Positions 47,523 through 57,101 of a stretch of 64,000 nucleotides of DNA are shown piece after piece (position 1 is the first letter of the stretch; every line of letters begins with the position of its first letter). The notes beneath the pieces were generated by a model. The model saw only the letters and a list, made by a program, of their open reading frames with translations. It was not told where the DNA came from and searched no databases. The DNA lies in IMG/VR virus record IMGVR_UViG_3300009370_001221, positions 1 through 64,000 of that record; one strand, 5' to 3'. The translations under genes were made by a program, and so were the position numbers.

Positions 47523-48788
47523 TTACCCACCTGCTAAAAAGTTACGTCGGGAAAATACTAATCTATCAATTAATTTTACGGCGCCGCCAACATGATCTAT
47601 TGCTACAAACCCTTCTGGGCCGGCAACTTCATAACCATTATCTGTTTTATAAAATGCTTGTATGCCTTCTATCTCATTAAGTTTTTTAAGCAGAATATTC
47701 TTAACTTGTATAATTTGTTTATAAACTGCCAATATTGACAACAATGTATTGCTATTATCTTCAATAAATTCTCTGGTTGCGTTTATTTTAGCAATCCGTG
47801 CTTCGGCAGCCGGACTCCATCCAGATTGTGTTTTGTCAGAAACACCACCGTCTTTAAGTTTATCTATTTCTGCTTGCTTTTTACTATCATAATAATCAAT
47901 AAACTCTTTCAAAAAAGCATTAGCATTTCCAACTTGTGGTAGGTCTGCTCTAATTTTACTATTAACAAATGGTTCAATATGCTCTCTAAACTCTTCATTT
48001 CTCATTAACGCATTAAATCTATTTGCATTTATTTTTTGTAAAATTACTTGTAATTTATCAAGTCCATTTGCTACTTGTGCTGTTTCACGTCCAGTCATTG
48101 TAGCACGACCAGTTAAATCTCTATAATCAGCATCTTGTGACCATACATTTTTATTTCCTACAGGGGCGGACGCACCAAATGATGCTGTAAGATCTGACAT
48201 TTCAGGGCCACCACTATATAATGTGTGCCATACAACACCAATCTCAGCCGCAAGTAATTCTTTTGCTAAGTCACTGTCCGCTGGAACAGCATATGCTATC
48301 TCATTTGGTTTAAAAACAACATATGACTCACCATCTATATCTTCGGTTGTTAAATCACCTTTAGTAAACATAATATCGCCTTGCAATATACCGTCAAAAT
48401 TAAGTTTACGCAAATGTTTCAATGCTATATTTAATTTATGTGCTAAACCTGGTATTTTACCATGATTTTTTCTAATATCTGCCGGGGTTTTGTTTAATAA
48501 TGGAGTAGCATTAAATACACTTTTTGTTCCTACAAAAAACTTACCATCTTTAGGATCATTACCAGCAATTACAGCAGGCTTACCATCCCATTTTACAGAT
48601 ATTCTGCCCGCTTCGCTTGTTCCTGATAACATTTCTGCTGTTTGTGCAAGATGATTTATTGCTTTCTTTACACCTTGATAACCTTGATAAAATACTAAAT
48701 CCTCTATATGAGTCATATGAGTATTTTTACCGCCAGTATCTTCAACAATCATCCATTTACTTTCGCCTTGGACTTCAAATAGTTTCAT
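47523..48788 (-). CDS. Conserved large-phage protein (DUF6267-like)
   Basis: HMTHIED, VKWDGKPA, GILQGDIMF, PEGFVA and VKLIDRLVFSRRNF. Confidence 0.65.
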   Translation of the reverse strand: MKLFEVQGESKWMIVEDTGGKNTHMTHIEDLVFYQGYQGVKKAINHLAQTAEMLSGTSEAGRISVKWDGKPAVIAGNDPKDGKFFVGTKSVFNATPLLNKTPADIRKNHGKIPGLAHKLNIALKHLRKLNFDGILQGDIMFTKGDLTTEDIDGESYVVFKPNEIAYAVPADSDLAKELLAAEIGVVWHTLYSGGPEMSDLTASFGASAPVGNKNVWSQDADYRDLTGRATMTGRETAQVANGLDKLQVILQKINANRFNALMRNEEFREHIEPFVNSKIRADLPQVGNANAFLKEFIDYYDSKKQAEIDKLKDGGVSDKTQSGWSPAAEARIAKINATREFIEDNSNTLLSILAVYKQIIQVKNILLKKLNEIEGIQAFYKTDNGYEVAGPEGFVAIDHVGGAVKLIDRLVFSRRNFLAGG

Positions 48789-49294
48789 TCTTTTTTACCA
48801 TTAGTACTAAATCGTGATGTTCGTCCTTTAGACCGATCTACTGTACGATCAGATGATCTACTAGGTCTGTTGCCTACTCTAGGAGTTGGGGTAACGTAAT
48901 TTTGTTCATCATTATCATCTGATTGAACTAAACTATCTAAATGTTCTTTTCGTTTTTTTTCTTGGGCAGTCCAGTGCCGCAACGCGGCTTCTTGTGCTGT
49001 TTCACCATCATCCCCAGTCCATTCAGGATTCCATTGAGGGTCGCCATTATCATCAATAATAACTTGGGGTATTGCTTTATAATGCCTATGTTGCCAATCT
49101 TCTAGTTCTTCTGGAGTTACTTCCATACCAAGAGTCTGTTTTAAAGCAAGCCATTTATCAAATAAAAAATTGTTTATTTTTTGAGCGGCTCCTGATTCCC
49201 ATGAATCAGGTGATACTGCCCAAGCTCTGCCCTTATCATCAAACGGTTTCCAGCGAATACCACTTTCCTCTTTTAAAAAATCTCTTGCTCTCAT
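48785..49294 (-). CDS. Hypothetical protein
   Basis: MRARDFLKEE N-terminus. Confidence 0.55.
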   Translation of the reverse strand: MRARDFLKEESGIRWKPFDDKGRAWAVSPDSWESGAAQKINNFLFDKWLALKQTLGMEVTPEELEDWQHRHYKAIPQVIIDDNGDPQWNPEWTGDDGETAQEAALRHWTAQEKKRKEHLDSLVQSDDNDEQNYVTPTPRVGNRPSRSSDRTVDRSKGRTSRFSTNGKKE

Positions 49295-49536
49295 ACTTCT
49301 TCGCTCTGAATAATCTCTAAAAGTTCTGTAATTGCATTACTAAAACGCTCTTTGGATTCAGGATTAATATCTTTCCAATCAACTTTAACCCATCTATCCA
49401 CAATATGTTCTAATTCTTCCGACATTCTATCCACAGTACCACTTTCACCACCATGTACGTGTGGATATTTTGGTTGTGGTCTATCTACGTGTATGTCGGG
49501 AGTATCTGAGAAATCAGATATTTCAATTAGTCTCAT
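49291..49536 (-). CDS. Hypothetical protein
   Basis: Likely start MRLIEIS overlapping the upstream gene end. Confidence 0.5.
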   Translation of the reverse strand: MRLIEISDFSDTPDIHVDRPQPKYPHVHGGESGTVDRMSEELEHIVDRWVKVDWKDINPESKERFSNAITELLEIIQSEEV

Positions 49537-49792
49537 TATCGCCAGCCTTACGTATGCTACGGATAAACTTTTTATTATCCTGGCCACGTATGCTGTTAAG
49601 GAGACGGCGCTCTAATTCAGAAGCAATTTCATGATCATAGTGTTCATATATAGTATTCACTAAATTAATTGCACTATCAATAATATGAATAGCACGACTT
49701 TCTATAATCGCACTTTTATTGTGATCCTTATATAAGGAATTCAATTCTTCTAGTATTGTCCTAGTCTTACGTTTCATTGTCATACATGTCAC
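49523..49792 (-). CDS. Conserved hypothetical phage protein
   Basis: MKRKTRTILEELN...IESRAIHII.SAINL...LERRLLNSIR. Confidence 0.6.
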   Translation of the reverse strand: MTCMTMKRKTRTILEELNSLYKDHNKSAIIESRAIHIIDSAINLVNTIYEHYDHEIASELERRLLNSIRGQDNKKFIRSIRKAGDNETN

Positions 49793-49827
49793 ATAGTGTT
49801 TATTATATTTAGTTAAAATGTGACTCT

Positions 49828-50316
49828 TTAATTATCAAAAACTGATGGTTTTCGTATGGCCCACCTACCAAAAGGGCGTACTGCCCAAAAGCAAGAAAAT
49901 ATTTTCCAATCTGGAATGTTAGGATCTGCATCATCCATGCCCTTCCTAAATACATTATCTGCTTGAGATCGTAATACTTTAACAGTTTGTGGATGCAATC
50001 CCTTTACTACTAAAACTTTACGTAAAGCACCATATAACACATCATGTATTACTGCCGCTCTCGCAACATCCCAGGGTGAAATAATATTCCATGTAATACG
50101 TGGTATAGATGCTAAATCTGTTTCATAACCAACTGGTGCTGTGATTAAAAGAGTACTTGGTGTAGATTTCATATCTACATTTAAATTTGTCCAACTAGAA
50201 ACCCATCTATCCATTTCAAGACTTCTACTTTTTTCTATCTCATATGTAAGAGGTTCAGTAAGTACCCAATGCTTTGCGCCGTGAAATTCTGCTTTCAATA
50301 AACCATGCCATGCCAT
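49828..50316 (-). CDS. DUF1353-family protein
   Basis: GYETDLASIPR, AAVIHDVLY, ADNVF and AVRPFG. Confidence 0.85.
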   Translation of the reverse strand: MAWHGLLKAEFHGAKHWVLTEPLTYEIEKSRSLEMDRWVSSWTNLNVDMKSTPSTLLITAPVGYETDLASIPRITWNIISPWDVARAAVIHDVLYGALRKVLVVKGLHPQTVKVLRSQADNVFRKGMDDADPNIPDWKIFSCFWAVRPFGRWAIRKPSVFDN

Positions 50317-50345
50317 TATTGATGCTCCTTTTAATATATGTATAT

Positions 50346-51761
50346 TTATATTTCATCAGGAGTATTCATGTTGCGTAATAATGATCTTATCTTACTTCCA
50401 CTTGCTTCAGCAGTTACTTTTGGAGTATCCTCGTTAGGTTGCACTGTAGCACTTCTGTTTATTCTATCAAATATGTTAGTTGATTGTGTTTGTGTTGCTG
50501 TATAAGAAGTATCTTCCTCTTGTTGCCCTTCTTCTCCCAAATCTCTTATACGCAAACTGCTTATATCAAATTCTAAATCTACTTTTGAGCCAACCCCACT
50601 ACTGCTTCTTGTTTTCATAAACTGCACTTGATAACGTCCACGTTCACGCATTGCCCTACTCGTAAAAATACCAATAACATTATCTGCTGTATTAATTTTA
50701 CTAATACCACCTGCAATGTGACTATGATCAAACTCTATTTCATCAACTGCACTTCTGTTTAACTGCGATGCTGTAACAAATACAACATCTAACTCTTTAG
50801 ATAAGTTACGCAATTCTTCTGCAACATATTTGTCTTTAACATATAAATCACTTGGTGCAACTTTTGTGCTAATTGGCATACACAAATCTAAATAATCTAC
50901 TAACACCACATCTGCTTTCATACCTTTTTGCACATTTAATTCTTTAACATAACTTCTAAAATCATTAATATTACTTTGTGCTGGCATATATTTTATTTGT
51001 AAATTGCCTGCTTTTTTACTTACAAGTTTAATTTTCATTTCAACAGTATCCAAATCTTTAAATATTTCCTTTGTAGAAATATTGGACACCATACTATCAA
51101 TTCTCATTGCAGTTAATTCCTCACTCAACTCCAATGTAAAATATAATACATTGAGTCCTGCAAGCACCCAATTAACTGCTAAATTTTGCATAAACAAACT
51201 TTTACCACTACCACTACCACCTGCAAATATTTGTAACTCACCTCTATTAAATCCACCAAACAATTTTCTATCAAACATTTCCCAACCAGTGCTAACTTGC
51301 CCATTACTTGTTTTTAATGTCATTAAACGTTCGCGTGGATTGTCCCAATAATCAGTTCCCATGTCTTTTGTAAGACCAACCTGTACAGCATCTTTAATTT
51401 TGGCCTCTACTAAACCATAATCACCTTTCTCTAACAAATCCGCACTGTCTAATATTGCACGTTCTAGTTCTTTATGCCTACTAAACTGTTCAAACTCATC
51501 TAATAACCAATTACTGTGTTCTTCTAACTGCTCAGTCACAACATCTTGTAATTTGGAACCTGTTTTGCTGTTTATTTGATTTACTTCTGGCAATGTTTTG
51601 TATTGATCTACATAATTTAATACAAATGTTGCTATTGGCCGCAAACTTCTATCAAAATTCTGCGGATTGAATATATTTTGCACTCTAACAAATGCTTCTG
51701 GATTGCTTACTAGCATTTCCAAATATAATTTCTGCAATTCTACGTTATATTCTTTATTCAT
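50346..51761 (-). CDS. DnaB-like replicative helicase (T4 gp41-like)
   Basis: GGSGSGKS Walker A, TLELSE, VDYLDL, TASQLNR and KTRSSSGVG. Confidence 0.93.
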   Translation of the reverse strand: MNKEYNVELQKLYLEMLVSNPEAFVRVQNIFNPQNFDRSLRPIATFVLNYVDQYKTLPEVNQINSKTGSKLQDVVTEQLEEHSNWLLDEFEQFSRHKELERAILDSADLLEKGDYGLVEAKIKDAVQVGLTKDMGTDYWDNPRERLMTLKTSNGQVSTGWEMFDRKLFGGFNRGELQIFAGGSGSGKSLFMQNLAVNWVLAGLNVLYFTLELSEELTAMRIDSMVSNISTKEIFKDLDTVEMKIKLVSKKAGNLQIKYMPAQSNINDFRSYVKELNVQKGMKADVVLVDYLDLCMPISTKVAPSDLYVKDKYVAEELRNLSKELDVVFVTASQLNRSAVDEIEFDHSHIAGGISKINTADNVIGIFTSRAMRERGRYQVQFMKTRSSSGVGSKVDLEFDISSLRIRDLGEEGQQEEDTSYTATQTQSTNIFDRINRSATVQPNEDTPKVTAEASGSKIRSLLRNMNTPDEI

Positions 51762-51774
51762 ATACTGTAATTAT

Positions 51775-52746
51775 CTATGTTTGTAAACGTTTTTGGTGTA
51801 ATTGAATTTTTAACCGTGTGGACTGAACATTATCCAATATATTCTTTAATGTAAACATTTTGCCGTAATTTAATACTGCTTCATTTATATCTTTGCAAGT
51901 ATCATACCAAGTTGGGAAACTAACATCCCAATTGTACTTCATTGCTTGTGTTATAAGTTTATTACCAGCACTATCATTATCTGGCACCATTATTACTTGC
52001 CTATTTAGACTTTCTATCAAGTCTACTTGTGCATCACCAATATCACTACCTAATATTGCAACTCCATCTATAGCAATTGCATCAAATGGGCCTTCTGTCA
52101 CAATAACAAACTTACGATCTTCAGTTTGCCTGTCCATATTAAACACATAACCCGCAGGCGTACTAGTAAAATATTTTGGATTACCACGAACTGCTAATCG
52201 TGCCGTGTATCCTACTATTTCATCTTGCCAAAAGAATGGAATTATTACTCGTCTATCAAATTTTGTCTCTGTAATTGGTGTCCAGTAATATGGATAATCA
52301 TTTTCATCCAATCCACGCTTATGTAAATATTCTAATATAAGTTTATTATCAGATGCTAATGGACTACTTTGTTCCGGAAAATCTTTCTTCTCAAAAGTAA
52401 ATTCAATTTCCTCTGGAATTAAGTTTTGCTCAATTGCTGTCTCTTTTAATTGTATAGCAGTTAATACAAGACGCTTTATGTCAGATTCCGGAGTACCAAG
52501 CCAATCCATAAATTGTCGCAGTTTACGACTTAATGGCCTACCTGGTTGCCACCCTGTTTTATATCCACAATTAAAACAATTATACGATATTGCCTCTCCA
52601 TTAAGTATAATACCGCCTCTACCACGTTTGTCTTGCGTTTCTCCGTTATGAACACAACATGGAGCATTAAAGGACTGCCAGCCACTGGAACTTTTCTTTA
52701 CCTTTCCTGGTAAATTACTCATAATGACTGACTGTATTTGATTCAT
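51775..52746 (-). CDS. DNA primase (T4 gp61-like; zinc finger plus TOPRIM)
   Basis: CC..H / CFNC zinc finger, VTEGPFDA, PDND and KDINEA. Confidence 0.9.
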   Translation of the reverse strand: MNQIQSVIMSNLPGKVKKSSSGWQSFNAPCCVHNGETQDKRGRGGIILNGEAISYNCFNCGYKTGWQPGRPLSRKLRQFMDWLGTPESDIKRLVLTAIQLKETAIEQNLIPEEIEFTFEKKDFPEQSSPLASDNKLILEYLHKRGLDENDYPYYWTPITETKFDRRVIIPFFWQDEIVGYTARLAVRGNPKYFTSTPAGYVFNMDRQTEDRKFVIVTEGPFDAIAIDGVAILGSDIGDAQVDLIESLNRQVIMVPDNDSAGNKLITQAMKYNWDVSFPTWYDTCKDINEAVLNYGKMFTLKNILDNVQSTRLKIQLHQKRLQT

Positions 52747-52752
52747 ACAGTT

Positions 52753-52781
52753 ATTATATAGGAGTTACTGCTAAAAGTCAA
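52753..52781 (-). promoter_or_regulatory. Sigma70-type promoter, predicted leaderless transcript
   Basis: TTGACT-17nt-TATAAT-6nt-ATG(52746). Confidence 0.75.
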
Positions 52782-53557
52782 GGACGATAAAGTACTTTTG
52801 CTAATCCGCCTGAAGATGGAGTACATTTAATACGAATTCTACTATGAACACCGTTCCAATTTGTATAACCAACACCAGTTTCATTAGTTAGATTTAATGT
52901 CTTAATATCAAAATAATCATCATCTGCTAATGAAATATTATCATTCAATGTACCTTGTATTACAATAGTACCAGTATATGTACCTGAAAAATAAAAAGCC
53001 GCAGTTTGCAACGCAGAGTTTTGATTAAGTTTAGAATCTGCTACTAGTGGATTACTTGTATGAGTTGAACCTGATATAGTAAAGTCTGCTGTGTTCAATA
53101 CTTTACTATCTGTAAGTGTTGGGAAAACACCATCTGCAATTTGTAATTGTCCTAATACATCATATGCACCATCTACATAACCAATACTTGTATTCGCTTC
53201 ACCATCAACTACTTTTACTGAATAATTAAGATATTGAGAGTCTAAATCTAGTAAATCATTTTCTGTTATAATAACTTTTGCCGTTCCTTTTATTCCATCT
53301 ACTATTGTGGCCGTTTTACTTAATATCACGCCAGTATCACCAACATTATCTAAAATGTTAAATGTAATTGTTTTATCAGTAATTGTTAACGACTTTTGAT
53401 TATCGTTCTTTAGTGACAATTGTATGGTATTGTCAATACCCTTGTATACCTTTATAGGATGATTATACATTTCATACCCCCAATGCTCCTTATCAGTGTC
53501 CGCCTTTATTTTCAGATTAACATTTTGGTTATATAAATAGACCGTAGTAACTAACAT
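52778..53557 (-). CDS. Beta-rich virion structural protein
   Basis: IKVYKGIDN, YTGTIVIQGTL and KVLYR; beta-strand rich. Confidence 0.5.
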   Translation of the reverse strand: MLVTTVYLYNQNVNLKIKADTDKEHWGYEMYNHPIKVYKGIDNTIQLSLKNDNQKSLTITDKTITFNILDNVGDTGVILSKTATIVDGIKGTAKVIITENDLLDLDSQYLNYSVKVVDGEANTSIGYVDGAYDVLGQLQIADGVFPTLTDSKVLNTADFTISGSTHTSNPLVADSKLNQNSALQTAAFYFSGTYTGTIVIQGTLNDNISLADDDYFDIKTLNLTNETGVGYTNWNGVHSRIRIKCTPSSGGLAKVLYRP

Positions 53558-53583
53558 ATTTTAAGACCTTTTACTATATTTAT

Positions 53584-53958
53584 ATGCCGAACATATATGA
53601 AGAGTTAACAGAAAAGTACCCTTTCATCAGTTATATCAAATATGCTGATAGGGAGATAGTAGGTATTATCCTCAATAAAGATGCAACCATTGTAAGCATT
53701 TACGACTTTAATGAGTTGCCGAACACAGAAGCAAAACAAAAATTTCTAGATCTGGGAGAAACATGGTGGTGGGAATCAAATAGAATGTTTCCTATAAACA
53801 TATTTCTTAAACAAGAATTTGCTATCTTCAAACCATTTATCAAAACATTTATGGCTAAAGATGTTGAAATAGTTCATGGTCCATATGTTAGTATGAATGA
53901 ATTAGCACAACGCCGGACCAAACGCAGGAATATACAACTAGTCCAAAAAGTTAAGTAA
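53584..53958 (+). CDS. Conserved hypothetical phage protein
   Basis: KYPFIS...VGII.N...WWWESNRMFPINIFL. Confidence 0.65.
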   Translation: MPNIYEELTEKYPFISYIKYADREIVGIILNKDATIVSIYDFNELPNTEAKQKFLDLGETWWWESNRMFPINIFLKQEFAIFKPFIKTFMAKDVEIVHGPYVSMNELAQRRTKRRNIQLVQKVK

Positions 53959-54516
53959 ATGATAGATACCTCTGCTGTAGTTAAAAGAGAAAATATATCC
54001 ACTAGAATATCGTGTCAAACCAAAAATTTTAGTTTTCATTATGAATATTATGTCTATCCAAAACTTCGTATCTATTATTGTAATATACCAAAATGTGCTT
54101 CTACTGCTTTAATGAAGTTCATTAGCAACAAAAATACAATACAAAAAAATCCACGATATTTCACAGTAGTTCGTGAGCCATTGAGTAGATTTAAATCATC
54201 TTTAAATTATCTTGATATGTTTTTTAGCGACTACGTAAAAAATAATTATAGTGGAGGTGTGAAAGACCAAATGGCACATCGGCTTCTGCATTTAATGCCA
54301 CAATCTTTTTTCATTAAATACTTTCCTTATACTATTAAAGAATTTTTTCATATGGGAAATGTTGATAAGATATTTAATGAAGAAGTTATCAGAAAGAATG
54401 CTAACGAATATAGTGATAAATTCAATATTGACTTTGATAATACGCTTAAAAATTATAAAAATTGGTTCGAGGACGTATATCAAAAAGATATAGAATTATA
54501 CAATAAGGTTAAGTAA
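53959..54516 (+). CDS. Sulfotransferase family 2-like protein
   Basis: IPKCAST and VVREPLSRFKS PAPS-binding motifs; HLMPQ. Confidence 0.75.
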   Translation: MIDTSAVVKRENISTRISCQTKNFSFHYEYYVYPKLRIYYCNIPKCASTALMKFISNKNTIQKNPRYFTVVREPLSRFKSSLNYLDMFFSDYVKNNYSGGVKDQMAHRLLHLMPQSFFIKYFPYTIKEFFHMGNVDKIFNEEVIRKNANEYSDKFNIDFDNTLKNYKNWFEDVYQKDIELYNKVK

Positions 54517-55068
54517 ATTCATATGCACAACTACTAAATGTGCATAAGCAACCGCGTGTGACTTCTTAAAATAATATCCTTCATCAGGCTTCTCCCACAC
54601 TTGCTCACCAATCTCTTTCCATGTTTTACCAATCAAATAACGCTTTGCTGGACGAATTACAGACAGAAACATTGCCATCCGCGGAATAGTATCTGGCTTC
54701 ATTTTTTTAATAAGATCATATTGATTGCCTACATGAATTAATTGCTCACAATATTCTTTTTCTAATAATCTTTCCCATGGTGGTTCTGTAAACATTAAAT
54801 CAATTAAATGTGCTTCACTTTTAACTTGACTATACACGTTTACATTAAGCAAATCTAATTTAAAATAACCACGGTCTTCCGCATCTTTATGATCAAGAGA
54901 ACAAATTCCTTTTACTGGATCAGTTGGAACATCGGTAAAGTATACTCCAGTATTATGTTTCACTAATTCATTTCCCCTAATAATAGTCGCAGGAATATGA
55001 TGCTTTACTTTTTCCAGCACAGCAGTTCTATCTGCAAAATCTATATCAATATCAAACTTAAGGCTCAT
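54496..55068 (-). CDS. Miniature DNA polymerase III alpha (DnaE)-like protein
   Basis: DIDIDF, KHNTGVY, FKLDLL, IRP and YYFKKSHAVAYA motifs in 190 aa. Confidence 0.8.
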   Translation of the reverse strand: MSLKFDIDIDFADRTAVLEKVKHHIPATIIRGNELVKHNTGVYFTDVPTDPVKGICSLDHKDAEDRGYFKLDLLNVNVYSQVKSEAHLIDLMFTEPPWERLLEKEYCEQLIHVGNQYDLIKKMKPDTIPRMAMFLSVIRPAKRYLIGKTWKEIGEQVWEKPDEGYYFKKSHAVAYAHLVVVHMNLLNLIV

Positions 55069-55765
55069 ATTGGTGTCTTGCCCTTGGTACAATCGGTAAT
55101 GCTAAAAATCCTAAACGTGGCATTGGCAAATTTCCACCAGCATCGTCAAATGCTTCTATATATACATAACCATGTTTAAAATATGTTTTTTTATAATAAC
55201 TTGAATCTTCCCACCACACTATTAATTCTTTATGCTTATCTATCGGATCTGGATTGGATCGTAAGTGTACTTCTATAATATTATCATCAATACACTCTAC
55301 ATTTATACTACTTACATCTTTTAGTTCATCAAACCAGTCTGGAAGTTTAATAAACCTATTTCTCTTAACCCATTTACTCCATCTCCACAACTTTTCTTCT
55401 CCTGTTTCCCTAAAACCTTCCCAACAATTTAATTGTCGCCAACCTTTTGCATAACGAGGAGTTCTTAATGGAACTTCCCATTCTTCTTCCCATATGAAAT
55501 CATATGAGAAATGCCTCCCTTCAAACTTTTCACACCAAAAATGGCCCGGCGGCAGAGTAGTATATTCATCTGGGTCCATCTCTACAGTTTCAGCACCTAC
55601 GCCCATACCTTCTAAATTCATAATAGGACGTACAATGTATTCTTCTTTAAGTAATACATTTACACCAGCCGGGCCACATCTATAGCCTAATTTTTCACTT
55701 AACCATAACTTGTTATACCATTTATGGTGATGTGGATATTTGTCATAGGCAACTGCGTCATCCAA
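55058..55765 (-). CDS. Conserved marine-phage protein, possibly ATP-grasp-like
   Basis: NKLWLS..LGYRCGP, IVRPIMNL.GMG, FWCEKFEG and IIEVHLR. Confidence 0.5.
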   Translation of the reverse strand: MDDAVAYDKYPHHHKWYNKLWLSEKLGYRCGPAGVNVLLKEEYIVRPIMNLEGMGVGAETVEMDPDEYTTLPPGHFWCEKFEGRHFSYDFIWEEEWEVPLRTPRYAKGWRQLNCWEGFRETGEEKLWRWSKWVKRNRFIKLPDWFDELKDVSSINVECIDDNIIEVHLRSNPDPIDKHKELIVWWEDSSYYKKTYFKHGYVYIEAFDDAGGNLPMPRLGFLALPIVPRARHQYEP

Positions 55766-55955
55766 ATTTCTGTTCCATAAACATTATTTTATCTTTAAGC
55801 CACAATTTTTCTTTTTTCAGTTCCATTATTTTCATATGTACTTCGCCAACGTCTTGTTCCTTTTCCTCAATTTCCCATATCATCTTATCCAACTCTCTGT
55901 GTCTAATTTTCAATTTTTCCAAATCAAGGTTGTATACTACGCTTTCGTCTGTCAT
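55758..55955 (-). CDS. DUF465/YdcH-like small coiled-coil protein
   Basis: HRELDKMI...LKKEKLWLKDKI. Confidence 0.75.
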   Translation of the reverse strand: MTDESVVYNLDLEKLKIRHRELDKMIWEIEEKEQDVGEVHMKIMELKKEKLWLKDKIMFMEQKFG

Positions 55956-55966
55956 TAAATGTCTCC

Positions 55967-56668
55967 TTACATTTTTGCGTCACTTAAAATATGCTTAACC
56001 CATTCTACATCGCTTACAAACGCTTCAAAACGTTTGCTCCAATATATTGGGTCTATAAAATCGTTAATCAATCCTAATTGTTCATCAGTCATTTTCTCTA
56101 ACATCTCCATACCTGTTTTACAATTATAGATTGTCCATGGACTTATTTTTCCATTTCTAATTAATGATACTGCTTTATTGAAACTTACAAACTTAAAGAA
56201 ATGATTGAATTGGGCATTATTGTCTGTTGCCCATTTTTCCATAGTTATAATACTGCGTTCTAATGCATCACGAACATTTTCAGTTTTAATATATGGCAAC
56301 AAATACTCTTCATATATTGCATCTTTACACCAATGATCCAATTTTTTATTTGCTTTTATAACATAGTCTATAAAATAGTCTGGATTTATTACGTTAATAT
56401 TAATAATGTGATTACCAAATTTTACAAAAGCATTATAATATTGACTTTGTGCAAAGTGCTCATATGTTTTAAAATTTGAACTCCCTTGTGTTAACTCATA
56501 GAACCGTTTATAAGCAATGTACGCAATTTGCACATGCTTTTCATCTCTTTGTTGATGCCTACGCTTGGGCTCACATACGTGCGCCGCTAGTGTTTTCTCT
56601 CTTGTAAAACTCCTTTTACAAAATTGGCACTCATAGTTTTTCTCTGATTGACTTATCGTCGTATCCAT
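55967..56668 (-). CDS. Zinc-finger-containing phage replication-region protein
   Basis: CQFC..F.....L..H.C N-terminus; GKISPW. Confidence 0.6.
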   Translation of the reverse strand: MDTTISQSEKNYECQFCKRSFTREKTLAAHVCEPKRRHQQRDEKHVQIAYIAYKRFYELTQGSSNFKTYEHFAQSQYYNAFVKFGNHIININVINPDYFIDYVIKANKKLDHWCKDAIYEEYLLPYIKTENVRDALERSIITMEKWATDNNAQFNHFFKFVSFNKAVSLIRNGKISPWTIYNCKTGMEMLEKMTDEQLGLINDFIDPIYWSKRFEAFVSDVEWVKHILSDAKM

Positions 56669-57101
56669 GTTCTATCGCTAACTGTTTGAGTTCTTTCTTA
56701 TCACACATCTCAGCATATGCTTCGATGTCACTTAATTTCCAAGTTGGATATAATTCCCTTAGAAACTTTGTCTTTTTATTATCTTTTACATTTTTTTTCA
56801 TTGGCAGATACTTGCGATTAAAACTGCCAATCTTGGGATTAATGGCACATAAAAGCATCCATACTAACTTTGGATGCTTACTAATTTCCCAGAAATCTTT
56901 ATTAAGTTCTTCATTTGTGGAGCGTATCATATATTCTTGCATGTCACTACTGCCTGTAGCACTTGCATTATATTTTAACTGCAAATAAGAACTAAATGCT
57001 TTTTGTTTTTCTTTTCCGATCCGCCCATAAAACCAATAATCTTTTTTATCTAATGCATTAAAGACCTCTTTAAGAGGCAATATTGGTTTTTTACTTGGCA
57101 T
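56631..57101 (-). CDS. Clamp-loader small subunit-like protein (T4 gp62-like)
   Basis: Size, context, KAFSSY..., HPKLVW and FLRELYP similar to gp62-type proteins. Confidence 0.5.
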   Translation of the reverse strand: MPSKKPILPLKEVFNALDKKDYWFYGRIGKEKQKAFSSYLQLKYNASATGSSDMQEYMIRSTNEELNKDFWEISKHPKLVWMLLCAINPKIGSFNRKYLPMKKNVKDNKKTKFLRELYPTWKLSDIEAYAEMCDKKELKQLAIEHGYDDKSIREKL

